A stretch of 63,030 nt of DNA, filler included, from Klebsormidium nitens (Eukaryota > Plantae > Klebsormidiophyceae): the NCBI GenBank assembly GCA_000708835.1. It is 4 parts of 4 records of this genome, joined end to end, with 100 filler letters (N's around TTAATTAATTAA, not from the genome) between each part and the next. Parts side by side here need not be neighbours in the genome. Positions count along the whole stretch, not along the records: positions 1 to 25,017 come from DF237863.1; positions 25,118 to 42,057 come from DF237976.1; 2 more parts are not named here. One strand, written 5' to 3'. Under the pieces are notes generated by a model. That model was not told the DNA's origin. It was given only the letters and a program-made list of their open reading frames with translations, and made no database searches. Numbering within the stretch: position 1 is the first letter of the stretch; each line of letters starts with the position of its first letter. Positions 22,848 through 33,657 of this stretch are shown here, piece after piece. The position numbers and the translations under genes were made by a program.

Positions 22848-24081
22848 TGTCATGCGATATAGGCTCGGCATTCGATTGGGCTCGGTAAGGTTGTAGCGCG
22901 ACATGTGGATCAAAAGAATGTTATATTATATGATGCATGGTGTTGGTCGAATGGAATTCATAGTCACTCATTATTAGTAGGGTAGCTGGGATGTCCAGCT
23001 TGTGAAAAGCAAGGATGAAGTTGTAATGCAATTGAACAAGTTAAGATTGGAAGTGGCGTGCTAACATTCAAGGCAACCCTCGTAACAACCGCACCGGCTC
23101 ACCTTGAGGCTCTCAACCAAATGGCAGTGGCTCGTAGGAATTCCGTTGGATGTTCAATGGATAAGCTCAAACACTAGCAAACGACAGAAACAGGTGCATG
23201 ACACGTCCTGATTGGATGATGGCGTCGCCGGAGGCGTGAGACATGATGATGAGAAACAAGTGGGTAACGCTTAGGGCTATAAGGCCGGTTAAGTTATGGT
23301 CGTGTTCGTACTACTACCGTTGGTGTTGTTCTCCGTGTGATTCTCCTGGTCGATGGTGTTACTATCGCTGCTGGTACTCTGGTACAATGTGTAGTCTTCC
23401 TGGTCCGCCGATACTGCTGGCTGGGTGAGTGTACGCGAGCACACTCGTAAGCTGGGTTGAACGCTCAAGGCGCTCGGATGCTGGTTGGACACGGGGTCCA
23501 ATTACGATGGTTGATAATGACTTGAATGAAAGTCGAATTGGGAATGGTGATCCCAATTGGCTTAAGTACTCGTAGGATTGCCAATTGAGTTTGGATCTCC
23601 AATAGCATTAGCAGCGTTGGATGTCCGCATGCATTGAGCACGCTACGTTCCTAGTACGTAACCTGGTTACTGTCGGTAACATACCCGGTAACATAGCTGG
23701 TTATGTACCCTGGGATCGTTGCAGAACGTACTCGGATTGAATCGCATTATCATTGGATGCCCACTGATTTGATTGGTCGTTGGACATCCAATACCGCGTG
23801 GTCGTCCAGATCCTATCCTAGTCGGATTCTACGCGGTTATGGTTAAGTTCCGCTAACCTAGCTTACGTTAAACTAACTGGTTACACTACCGTAGCGCCAC
23901 GTGTTGCACGCTGATTGGCTAGCCAAGGCGATCTGGGCATATGGCATGCCAGCTGTCATGCGATATAGGCTCGGCATTCGATTGGGCTCGGTAAGGTTGT
24001 AGCGCGACATGTGGATCAAAAGAATGTTATATTATATGATGCATGGTGTTGGTCGAATGGAATTCATAGTCACTCATTATT
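22848..24081. repeat. Two identical 128-bp direct repeats (22848-22975, 23954-24081) flanking 978 bp; LTR/TRIM-like
   Basis: TGTCATGCGATATAGGCTCGG...AGTCACTCATTATT identical in both copies; a TG...CA core of 123 bp reads in both orientations. Confidence 0.9.
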
Positions 24082-25017
24082 CCCCCCTAAGCCACAGAGT
24101 CGTCTCGACGAGGGCGAGGCTTGTTTTGTTTTTCTGGGCGGTGGTGACATGTAGTCCATTAATGTAATTTGTTGCCTACTTTTGTTTTATTACCTACATG
24201 ACAATGACTTTACAGTACCCATGTTGCCACCATACAAGTATGGCATCAGCTCTGACCTGTGATCACGGAGCGGGGGCGAAAAGGCAATGCAAAGTATCAT
24301 CAAGTTATTGTAATCCTAACATTTCCAAATATTGCCGTATTTGTTTACAAATTGGCGCGTGCATTCCGCGCTGTTGCCGTTTTCTCCTGCACTGACTTGC
24401 TTCTCAATGGATTCAAGGATTGTGTTCCTTGCTGGCGTGCCAGTGCGTCGTGTTATGACAACGTTTTGTGGATAGTGCTCCGCACATTCCCTGAGAGTCT
24501 GCATTAAGTCTGCACGCGGCCATTTGAAAATCATAAACTGCCGAACTGTAATTGGAGTGCGAACCACGTTGTTGGTTTGTTCCAGTTCGGTTAATTCCCT
24601 GTGCATTCGCTCTATCAATGTGAACCACTGATAGTTGCTGTGCACCAGAGTTTCGGCTTGGGCGCGCCACTGATCAACTTGCTATTCGAGTTGAGCCTTT
24701 TTGTTGGGCCAAAATCCATACTCCCATTCAAATGGGGCCAATTTCCTATTATAATTATATGATACATCCCCTGTACATATTGGTTGTATGGGGGTATTGT
24801 CTATTGGTTGAAGTTCATTAAAAGGATCGAATAGGATTGGGGGGTGGCCCCCATCCTGACGGGCCTGCTTCCGCTTGATTTGTTGCGCTGCCTGCTCCTG
24901 ATCTGGACGTCATGGTCCCTGCACATAGCGAATTTAAGTTTATCAGACAGTGCCCCCCTTACTGGAAGCACAACGAGGGCAAAACCAGTCTCCTTTTGGA
25001 ATTCTCAATATTGGTAT
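24077..25017 (-). mobile_element. 3' end of a Ty3/gypsy-like LTR retrotransposon: PHD finger end, extra decayed ORF, PPT
   Basis: 24943-25017 encodes LRIPKGDWFCPRC (PHD C-terminus, rest lost in the gap). 24190-24909 is a 240-codon same-frame ORF with two internal TAGs (24682-24684, 24316-24318). Then CTCGTCGAGACGAC...TTAGGGGGGAATAA (PPT-like) immediately precedes TGAGTG at 24076. No RT or integrase visible, so the gypsy call is an inference. Confidence 0.55.
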
Positions 25018-25269
25018 NNNNNNNNNNNNNNNNNNNNNNNNNNNNNNNNNNNNNNNNNNNNTTAATTAATTAANNNNNNNNNNNNNNNNNNNNNNNNNNN
25101 NNNNNNNNNNNNNNNNNCTAGGTAGGAGGTACGGACTTTCCAAGCCATTTCAATCCTCTGGTATGTACCTCGGCTTACCACGTGGATCTGAAAAGCCCTC
25201 CGATTGGCTGATAAATCTGGAAAGCTTTTTGCAGCTGTTTGGTCGACGCGCACCCTTAGGTAGTATTGT

Positions 25270-25465
25270 TTGTGCTGGTCAGGCTGGTTAGGCTGGTTAG
25301 CATAGCTGGTTAGGTTGGTCAGGCTTGCTCGGTTGGTCGCGCGGGTATAGAATAGTGGGCTGGCTACCGGTAGGTTGGGTTGGCTTGGACGGTTAAGCTG
25401 GCTTGGCTGGTTAAGCGGGCTTGGTTGGGTTGGATAGGGTTAGGGTGGTTTGGCTGGGTTGTGCT
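25270..25465. repeat. G/T-rich degenerate minisatellite (GGCTGGTTAG / GGTTGG units)
   Basis: Repeated GGCTGGTTAG, GCTTGGTTGG and GGTTAGGG units. Confidence 0.8.
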
Positions 25466-26261
25466 CCGTAGGTAATATACGGATATATATGCGTATATTC
25501 AACTCATAACTATCAGCGTATTGTGCCAACGTCACTTCGACGTCTACGGCAGCTTACGGTACCGCCAAGTAAAACCGTCAGTGAGATCTGACGTCCGACG
25601 ACTCTCCACCAACCAAAGTACTCTCGATCACATACGCGGCAATACAGTTTTTAGTCGCGACTTCGGCGACGATTCTCGGAGCACAAAAATGGGCACGCAC
25701 CGCAGATACAATTTCCTTAACTATTTCATCATGCATGATGCAACTCATACGCACCACGAAGCCGAACTGCCAGGGGGACCAAACACCCCGGGTAAGAAAG
25801 TTAGCAACATGAACCATGTGCCAGCAGCTAAACGGCGAATTGCCCGAACTCGACACTTTTGGGTCTCCACAGGGTCTCCACTTTGACCTCCACAGGGTCA
25901 CCTTTCAAAACCTAGAGTTTGGGGTCCGGGCAACGCGCCGTTTAGGAGGAATCGGGGGCAGGTTTAGGTGGGTTAACCAACCAAAGAACTATCAACCCAC
26001 CTCTACCACTTGTCTTAACCCTTTCCTCAGACTAACCGAGGACCGCACCGGACTCGGGACATCCAAACTACGCAATCTTCGACCGTCCAGATTGAAAAAT
26101 GTCTCATCTGACGGTGCGGATCATGGTTCGCTCTGTTTCAGTGGTGTTTGGTCCCCCTGAGCCGAACCCTAATTCACTCAATGGTGTCAACGAGCAACGA
26201 GACACTTGTCAACAAAGCTGCATGTAAAAGCGCCTTTTCCGAAGGGTGTCGTAGGAACAAC

Positions 26262-29200
26262 ATGGCGTCGCTGTCGGTAAAGCTCGTTCCTTCCGCGTGC
26301 TTGGGCCTTGGTAAGTTGCCTGCTGGCCCCCTACCACATTCTACTTACGTCAGCTCCTGGCCCGCCGTGCCCTTATCTCCCGTTCATCCCAATGTTTTGG
26401 TTACCCGGCGCGCTGCTGGGTTGCAAGTGCAGGCGGGCGGCAAGAAGCATGCTGGCAAGAAGGCGAAGAAAGCCTCTCACCAGAATCTCGAGCATGAATC
26501 AAGCTCGGAAGCAGAGCAACCCAAGAAGGATGGAGCACCCACCACAGGGAGCTCGTTTCAGTTGCCAGCACCAGAAGGACAGGATGCAGTGACTGTTGTG
26601 CCAATCTCTCAAATGAAAAAGGTGAAGCTTTTACTGAATTGTTTGCTCGTGTGAGGTGTTTGACATGTTGACTGGCAAGTTGGCACGTTCCCAAGATGGA
26701 GAAATTCGTGATTGCTTGCTTGGGGTCATGCTGTTCTCAAGATGGAGAAATTCGTGATTGCTTGCTTGGGGTCATGCTGTTCTTGAGGCAGAGCACCAAA
26801 GGAAAAGCACTGTACCATTTGTGACAAATGTATTTTGAATCTAGGCACCATATGGGCGCACTTTCGGCCCAGTTCCATGCTTTAAAGGAGACACATTGGA
26901 GCTATTCACTGCCAAACCGCCCAATGAAAGCAGCCTGTCTGTAAACATTTTAACATATTTTTCCAGGTGTCTCAGCAGTCCCTTCAGGCCCTGGCGGTCG
27001 GGTGCATTGCGGAGATGCACGCAGCAAGCAAGGAGCAGGTGGACAACAGTGGGGACGGAAGGGTGAGCCCGCAGCTCCAAAGTTGTCAGCACATTGATTC
27101 CTATGCCTTGCAATGAAGGTGATTGATTTGAGCCTAATCAGAAATAGTAATCATCGCTGCTCTGGCTGAGAACCATTTCTTCAAAATTGCATACTCCACC
27201 TTGAGTAATCTCCCGGCTCGTGTCATCCTCACCGCATATGCTCCACATGTCAGTCCTGACGCTGTCTGTGCCCTGCGTCCTACAGGACGAGGAGGTGATT
27301 CACCAGATGCGCGTTGCCCTGCGCAGGCTGCGCAGCGTTGTGGATGCATTTGCAGACTTGCTGAGTAAGGCACCCAACAAGCCCTGGATCCGACAGGCTT
27401 CAAATTTTCAGCATCCCCTGCCAAGCGCCCTTGTGGAGCGCACCCCTCGCTGCCTAGTTCCAAATTCCTACTGGTTTCTGCAAACTTACTGAGTGTCGAT
27501 TTGGTGACATCAAGGTGACGCTGTCTCGTGCATGACTCGGCAGGTCTGCCCCCAGCTGCTCAGCGGAAGTCCATCACGCGCATCCTTAAGGCTCTCGGTC
27601 GCCTGCGGGACGCCGATGTTATGCAAGTAAGCTGGCCCTGCTTTACGAGCGTCACCTGCTGACGAGAAAGTGTTTATAGTCACCTAGACTTGTGGCTTGA
27701 TGGAGCAGGCTCATGTTGCCATTATACCTGGTCCAGTGGTTTCAGTTCGAGTTGTAGCAAAGCTGACAGCGCCCTGTGTTAAGTCTGTGCCTCTAAGCCC
27801 CAAGAAGGAGATTGTCAATCGTGACAAAACATCTTTGATTGTTGAGTGTGACTGACATCTCGTGGACTTCTATCAGATGTTTCTGTGGAAACGCCTTGGT
27901 GCATCTTGAGTTAACAGTCGGTGCCTTGCAGTATGCAACACAAGCACAAAGACATCGGTGCTGTCCTTCGTTAAATAGGTAGTTAGACCTTAAAGAGGGC
28001 GTCCTGGGACCCGTCACGCCTCGGCGACCAAGAACCGCAAAAATGGGCAAATTGGTCGCTGAGCCAATATTTCAAGATGCATTGTAGTCCGTCCGATGAC
28101 ATTTTCCCTCAGGACTCAGATGCCACTAGTGCGCTTTGAAATCTGACGCCCTCTTTAAGAGTGAGCACATCAAAGCTTTTACAACAAGAGACATGAAGTT
28201 TTTCGTAAACATGTGCACCTTTCACCTCCTCTTGTCAATCTGGACGCTCCATCGCTGAGCGGCTGGACTCCCCCTCGCCTGCCTGCCTTTAGGAGACTCT
28301 GGACAGCGTGCTGGAGCGTGCCGGCGAGCTGCCCCCCGAGGAGAGCGCGGTGGTGGAGGCCGTGCGTGCCGACATGCTGGCGGTGCGCGAGGAGGCCATC
28401 GCCGAGGTGGCCACGCTGCTCAGGGGGCGCCACACACGCGACCTTATGAAGGCCAACCAGGTGCGGATTGACACTGCCCGCAACTCGCCCAGGGCTGGCC
28501 CACGCTGGACGCTGGCTCGGATGGGCAAAGTCACTAACGCACCCGAGTGTTGGTGACCTTGCCCACCCTAGTTCACTCCCTGTGCGAAGCAGCTTGTGAG
28601 GTCGTTCGAAGTTGGTCTTGTTAGGAAGTGTTGTCCTGACAGTGCTTTTCAAGCAAGCTGCCCACTTTCGACGACATGGGAAGGCCAGACGACCAAGGGC
28701 TTTGGGTCGACAAACAAGTGGTGGCAACTTACTACGACTACTGACTCCCTTGTCTATCTAAACCGGCAGGTGTTGGAAAAGCCCTGTACATCCATGTAAA
28801 GTTGGTGGCTCAAGCAGATTGTCGAAAAGCTGTTGACTTCTCACATGTTCAAATTGATTCGAGGTTTCTTAATTACTAGACGGGTCTCTGCTCATGAAGG
28901 TCCGCAATGGACCCGTCTGGCTTATATGTGGGGCTGGCATGAATGTCACAATCTCCCTTTATTTCGAAGAAAAGACGCGTTCACCTTTTCAAGCGCCCTC
29001 TCAATGAAGTTCTTTTTCGGTAAGGAAAGTTGTAAATAGTCAGCCATTACCTGAGGGACCCGCTACAGAATCAGTATAGGAGACCAAATGTCTTGTCTTG
29101 GCAGTTTCTGTCTGGTCATTGCAATGCAGTTTGTGTTCCAGGCACCGTTCGTGGGGCTAATTGCGCCCTCTTCCCGCTGGCCCCCTGCAGGCTTGGTTGG

Positions 29201-30859
29201 CTCAGCCGCGCTTCCGCAAGGGCACTGCCGGCCTCGTGTCGCAGCGCGCCGGCGCCGTGGGCCCTGCGCTCGCGGTGCAGAGGGTGGCCGCCGTCTTCAA
29301 GCACCCCGCCTGGAGCATCGATGGTGAGGCACCGCCACCACACATGGCATGCTCTGCTGGCCCCTGCCGCCCTTGCTCATCGGAAGCAATGGGCCCCTTT
29401 CCCCCTCGCTTAGTCGGCCAGCCCCTTGCATTTCATTCCCTCTCCTGACCTGGCGCACCGCACTTGGGGTTGCAGAGATCAGCAGCAGCGGCGAGGCTGG
29501 CAGCACAGCCTCGGAAGACGCGCCCGCAGTGAGCAGCCTGGACAGCCAGCAGTGCGCGATCATGCACGACCTGCGCAAGAAGATCCGGGGTGAGCTGGTG
29601 GATAGAAACGTCTCGACAACGAGATTAATTACATGTCAGCTCTCCTGCGTGCACCGATTGGGCACTCCCTCTCCGCTGTCACCCCATCTCCCATGTTCTG
29701 AGCGATCCTTTTTGCGTTGCGGGAGTCTGCCCCTGCCCCGTACTGGCTGGCTGTGCGGAGTGGGCCTTTGACGCGGCGGCCCGTGTGTGTGTGTGCGCAG
29801 AGCTGCGGTACATGCTGGAGCTGCTGGCGCCCGTGTACAGCAAGGCCAAGGAGTACAAGAAGGCGCTGCAGCAAATCGTCAAGTGCCAGTCGCTCCTCGG
29901 GGACCTCCAGGTGCGGGCGCCCTGCCTCGTGGCCGTCGTTCTGACACAGGGCGGACAAAAGGAACTCGGAAATCTGGTGTGGTCATCAAAATGATTGTGG
30001 AAGACCGGATTGGGATGCCCTCGCGTACTCAATATGCTGGTGCCACCTGCGATGCCCCCGCGTACTCAAAAGGCCCGATAAAGGCCCGAATCTTGCCGTG
30101 GGTATTGTCGAAGCTGCTCGTAATCCTGATCCGCAATCTTGGTCTACAAACGTGTTGTAGACTGCGCCATGCTCAGTCCGCGCGTCATCTGAGCTGTGGC
30201 GCGGTGTGTCCCTATGGGTGCAGGACCTGGAGGTGCTGTCGCAGTTCATTGGGGCGCGCCTGCCCCGCCTGCCGCGCTACGCTGCCGCCATGGCCGCTGC
30301 GCACCAGCACACCTGGCAGCGCTGGCTCGAGACACGGGCACCACTGCTCACGTGAGGACTCACTGCAGACACGCGCCGCACAGCGTCCCCTGGGCTGCTT
30401 GTCCGGGTCATGACCGGGCTGACAAGCGGGCAGAGTCGTTGATGCCCATTGGCAAGCTGGCTCCACGAAAGTGCGGCAACCAGTCGAGGGCATTCGTCGA
30501 GAGGCAGGACTGTCCTTGCTGTTTCTTCTACCAGCAGAACCTCCCCGATCGACTTCTCCTATCTGAAGGGGGCAAAGTGGCTGTCACGCGGTCTTCCAGC
30601 CTGGTGCCCCTGGTCCTAGTGTGTGCTGCGTGCTTGTTTCATTGCGCCTTGTTGTGTCCACAGGACGAGCGGGCGGGCTGCGGTTTACGAGGCCGTGCTG
30701 TGGCCCAACGGCAAGAACGCGTCCGACGTGGTGGCCGACAGCGACGAGGAGGTCCTCACCGACGACGACGCCTCCGCCGCAAAGAAGACCAGCACGGGCA
30801 GCCCGCACAACGGGGTCGGCGCACCGCTGCAGCCGGCCGTCACAGAGCTCAAGACTTAA
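26262..30859 (+). CDS. CHAD-domain (polyphosphate-binding) protein with probable plastid transit peptide, about 488 aa, 10 exons
   Basis: Exons 26262-26621, 26967-27062, 27286-27364, 27544-27626, 28293-28460, 29191-29323, 29476-29589, 29801-29910, 30224-30351, 30664-30859 (1467 nt, all GT-AG, in phase). CHAD motifs EEVIHQMRVALRRLRS, LGRLRDADV, MHDLRKKIRELRYMLE, QSLLGDLQDLEV. N-terminus is Ser/Ala/Pro-rich with no acidic residues up to RRAAGLQVQA. Confidence 0.9.
26692..26783. repeat. Perfect 46-bp tandem duplication in CHAD intron 1
   Basis: CAAGATGGAGAAATTCGTGATTGCTTGCTTGGGGTCATGCTGTTCT x2. Confidence 0.95.
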
Positions 30860-33082
30860 GAGGCAGCGGGGGCAGTGGCATGGGAGCTGGGCGGGGCAGT
30901 GCCATTGACAAGGTCGAGCGGAAGGTGTTAACGAGTTGTGTATATGATCGTGGATTGGAGAAGGTCAAGACTTAACCAACATGGAGACAGGCTAGCATAG
31001 GCCAGGCGTGATCGCGCAACTCGTTTAATCGTGATACAGTAGATAGGGCTAGGGAGTAGAAAAGGCATAAGGAACGGAGCTTAGTGGGAAAGTAAGGCGA
31101 ATTAGCACCTTGCAGGATGTAGCTTCAGGATCGTAGTGAATTGGGTAGCGCAATGTAAAAGTTTAGGGTGAGCTTGTAGAGTAAGGTGCTTAGTCTAGAC
31201 CATTAGGTAGTGGAAAGCAGTAGCTGATTGTCCATTGCCAGTTGTATGCGTACTTTGTAGTCGTACTTTCACCATTAGAAATCAAGTGCTTCGAAGGTCT
31301 AACAATCAACAACTAGGTGGAATTAGAGAGCGTCACCATTACGTACGATTAGTTCGTTATTACTTAAGAGTCACCAGGGCCGATTGACCTAGTCGTGAAC
31401 TTGGTCCATTGTAAACATTTGTAATCATGCCACATGAGAACGTACTTTTCTGGCAACGATCGGATGATCCTGGACTTGTGCTGAAGAGCCTGGCTGTTTA
31501 AGTCGCAACAGTACATATACATATTCGGTTATTGCGAAATGAGGAAATCTTAAAAACTCTTAACTTAATTCATCCGAATTACGAAGGACTCGCGACCATC
31601 ATCTCGCCATGGCATCTAACAAATCATAAGTTGTACATAGGCCTCGCATAACCATGATGCTGCATGCAACCTGTGGCGCATAATTGAGTAAACATGGCGG
31701 CGCGGCCCCCCATGGCTCCGGATCGAGGCCGCGGGGCGGCCGCACCCGCCCCTAGCAACGATGAATTTTAGCATAGTATATAGGACGTCGATAATCAGTC
31801 GGCCGGCCGGAACGGAGTTGACGGCCATGAGCGGACGAGATGCACGCGCACACATATAGGATCGGCGGCCGCGGCCCGGTCAGTACGCACATGCACCTTG
31901 GCGTCAGTGAGTCGGTGGTATACAGACCAGGGGGCCGGAAGGGGCATGGGGGCCATGGAGTGCATGACAAGATCGTTTCTGAAATAAAGGTGCGAGATCG
32001 AAGAACCCGAGCGTCATTCCTCTGAAACATCATCTAGTTCGTGGCGGATTCATCACTCTAGCTTGTCTCTGCTATAATATCTTCACGTTCTTCTCTAGAA
32101 AACTCGATCTATTGCATGGCCGGCCGGGCGAGCCGCCTCCGGAACACATGGTCTGCCATGAGAAAACTTATCTGACAGACTTTGACAATCAAGACGTCAA
32201 GCTCGATCAGCCTTGATGGTATATATGTGGTACATGCGGAAACGAGACTCAGCATGTGACGGTAGATAAACATATTCGCGAGAGCGATCGATCCTAGTTA
32301 ATTGCTTATAATCGATCGCGTAATCCAGAAGTCTGCTCGAGACGTACATTGATCGAAGCTAGTACGTTACCATCGTACATGCGCGGTATATCATGGGCCA
32401 CGCATGCGGTGCGCGCGGCCGGTCATGCATGCGCGCACATCCGATCGATCAATCCAGACATACATGCATATATATTGCACATACCGTATATTGTTATTCA
32501 TATTATATACATACTATTGTCGCGGCCGCGGCGCTCGCCATCGATCATAGCAATTACATGGTCATATGCTGTGCATTATCAGTGCAATAGCTCTTCCAAC
32601 GTACATGCATGTATATGCGCAATTGAGTAAGTTGAGTACTGAGTTACTATTATGCTTGTTACTAACGTACTTAAGCGTACACGTAGGTTGAGTCGATCAA
32701 TTGCGCATACGTACCTTTTCGAACATCCCATGATCAATTAATAGAGCTAGCTATATATAACTTGCCGGTACTGCATGCATGACTTAGCTAGCTGCGGGGT
32801 CATAGAAAACGGATCCTGCCATGGCCCGTTATATGATCGAATAGTCACTGATCTTTGAGGTTCAATATACCATGGCCTAAGCTTGCCATGGCGGAGCTAA
32901 CCAGTGACAGCGCGCGCGTGAATTTATACTATATAGCCGTGCATTGTCAAAATGTAGGATCGACGGTATGGCTGCATATGCGGAGCTAACATTGCATGCA
33001 AGAAGGCCTAGCCACCACTTTTAAAATATCAGATATGACAAGATTACGATGAGTACTTGTTGGGCGTGCAACGCGGCCGTCT

Positions 33083-33446
33083 GACAGAACCCATCGAAGG
33101 AGAACGTGGACACCAATTTTCGTTTGTGACCCCCACACCTTTCGGTACCCCTGTGCGCGAGCAGCTGAAGGCTCCGTACTGGCACGTGTAACCCAAGGGT
33201 TATTCAACGGTAACGTAACCTCCTAGAGTCTATGTCGACTGACCGATTACATTCTTACCGAGGGCTCCAATTCAGTATAAACCGTACGGCATCGATGTGC
33301 ACTTTCGGCCTCCCGGATGTAGAGACAAGCGACCAGGTGACTCTTGCAGTAACTAGTCTTCGAGACGGGCGCTCGGGGGGTACCAACCATTGTTGGGGTC
33401 CAGAATGGAACACTGGAGTTCACGTGCTCCTTCGACGGGTTCTGAC
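33083..33446. repeat. Imperfect inverted repeat, arms about 50-80 bp (foldback or old MITE)
   Basis: GACAGAACCCATCGAAGGAGAACGTGGACACC...GACCCCA vs the reverse complement of TGGGGTC...CACGTGCTCCTTCGACGGGTTCTGAC. Confidence 0.7.
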
Positions 33447-33657
33447 ATGCTATGGCTTGAGATCGGCAGAGGGGAACTTCGGAACGAAGCACTTCCGAAG
33501 TTCGAGCTGATTTGTATACGCACTTCAACGCAAATGGGTGGAGTGATGCTTGGCACTCCAATCATGTCGACTCTAATGTCAAGGATTACTTCTTTATTAC
33601 CATGCACCTACTACTCTTCCACATGCTTCAAAGAAGCCTAGAGTCAACAATTGTCTC

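Noticed and set aside
24190-24909. Idea that the extra gypsy ORF is a captured DNA methyltransferase
   Set aside because: No FxGxG, PC or ENV motifs are visible in the repaired translation
25062-25073. TTAATTAATTAA between N runs, repeated at about 42101-42113 and 45169-45180
   Set aside because: The same 12-mer with stops in all frames embedded in gaps is an artificial scaffolding spacer, not biology
25521-26160. ORFs of 107-121 aa upstream of the CHAD gene
   Set aside because: No motif; the sequence resembles repeat-derived or promoter DNA
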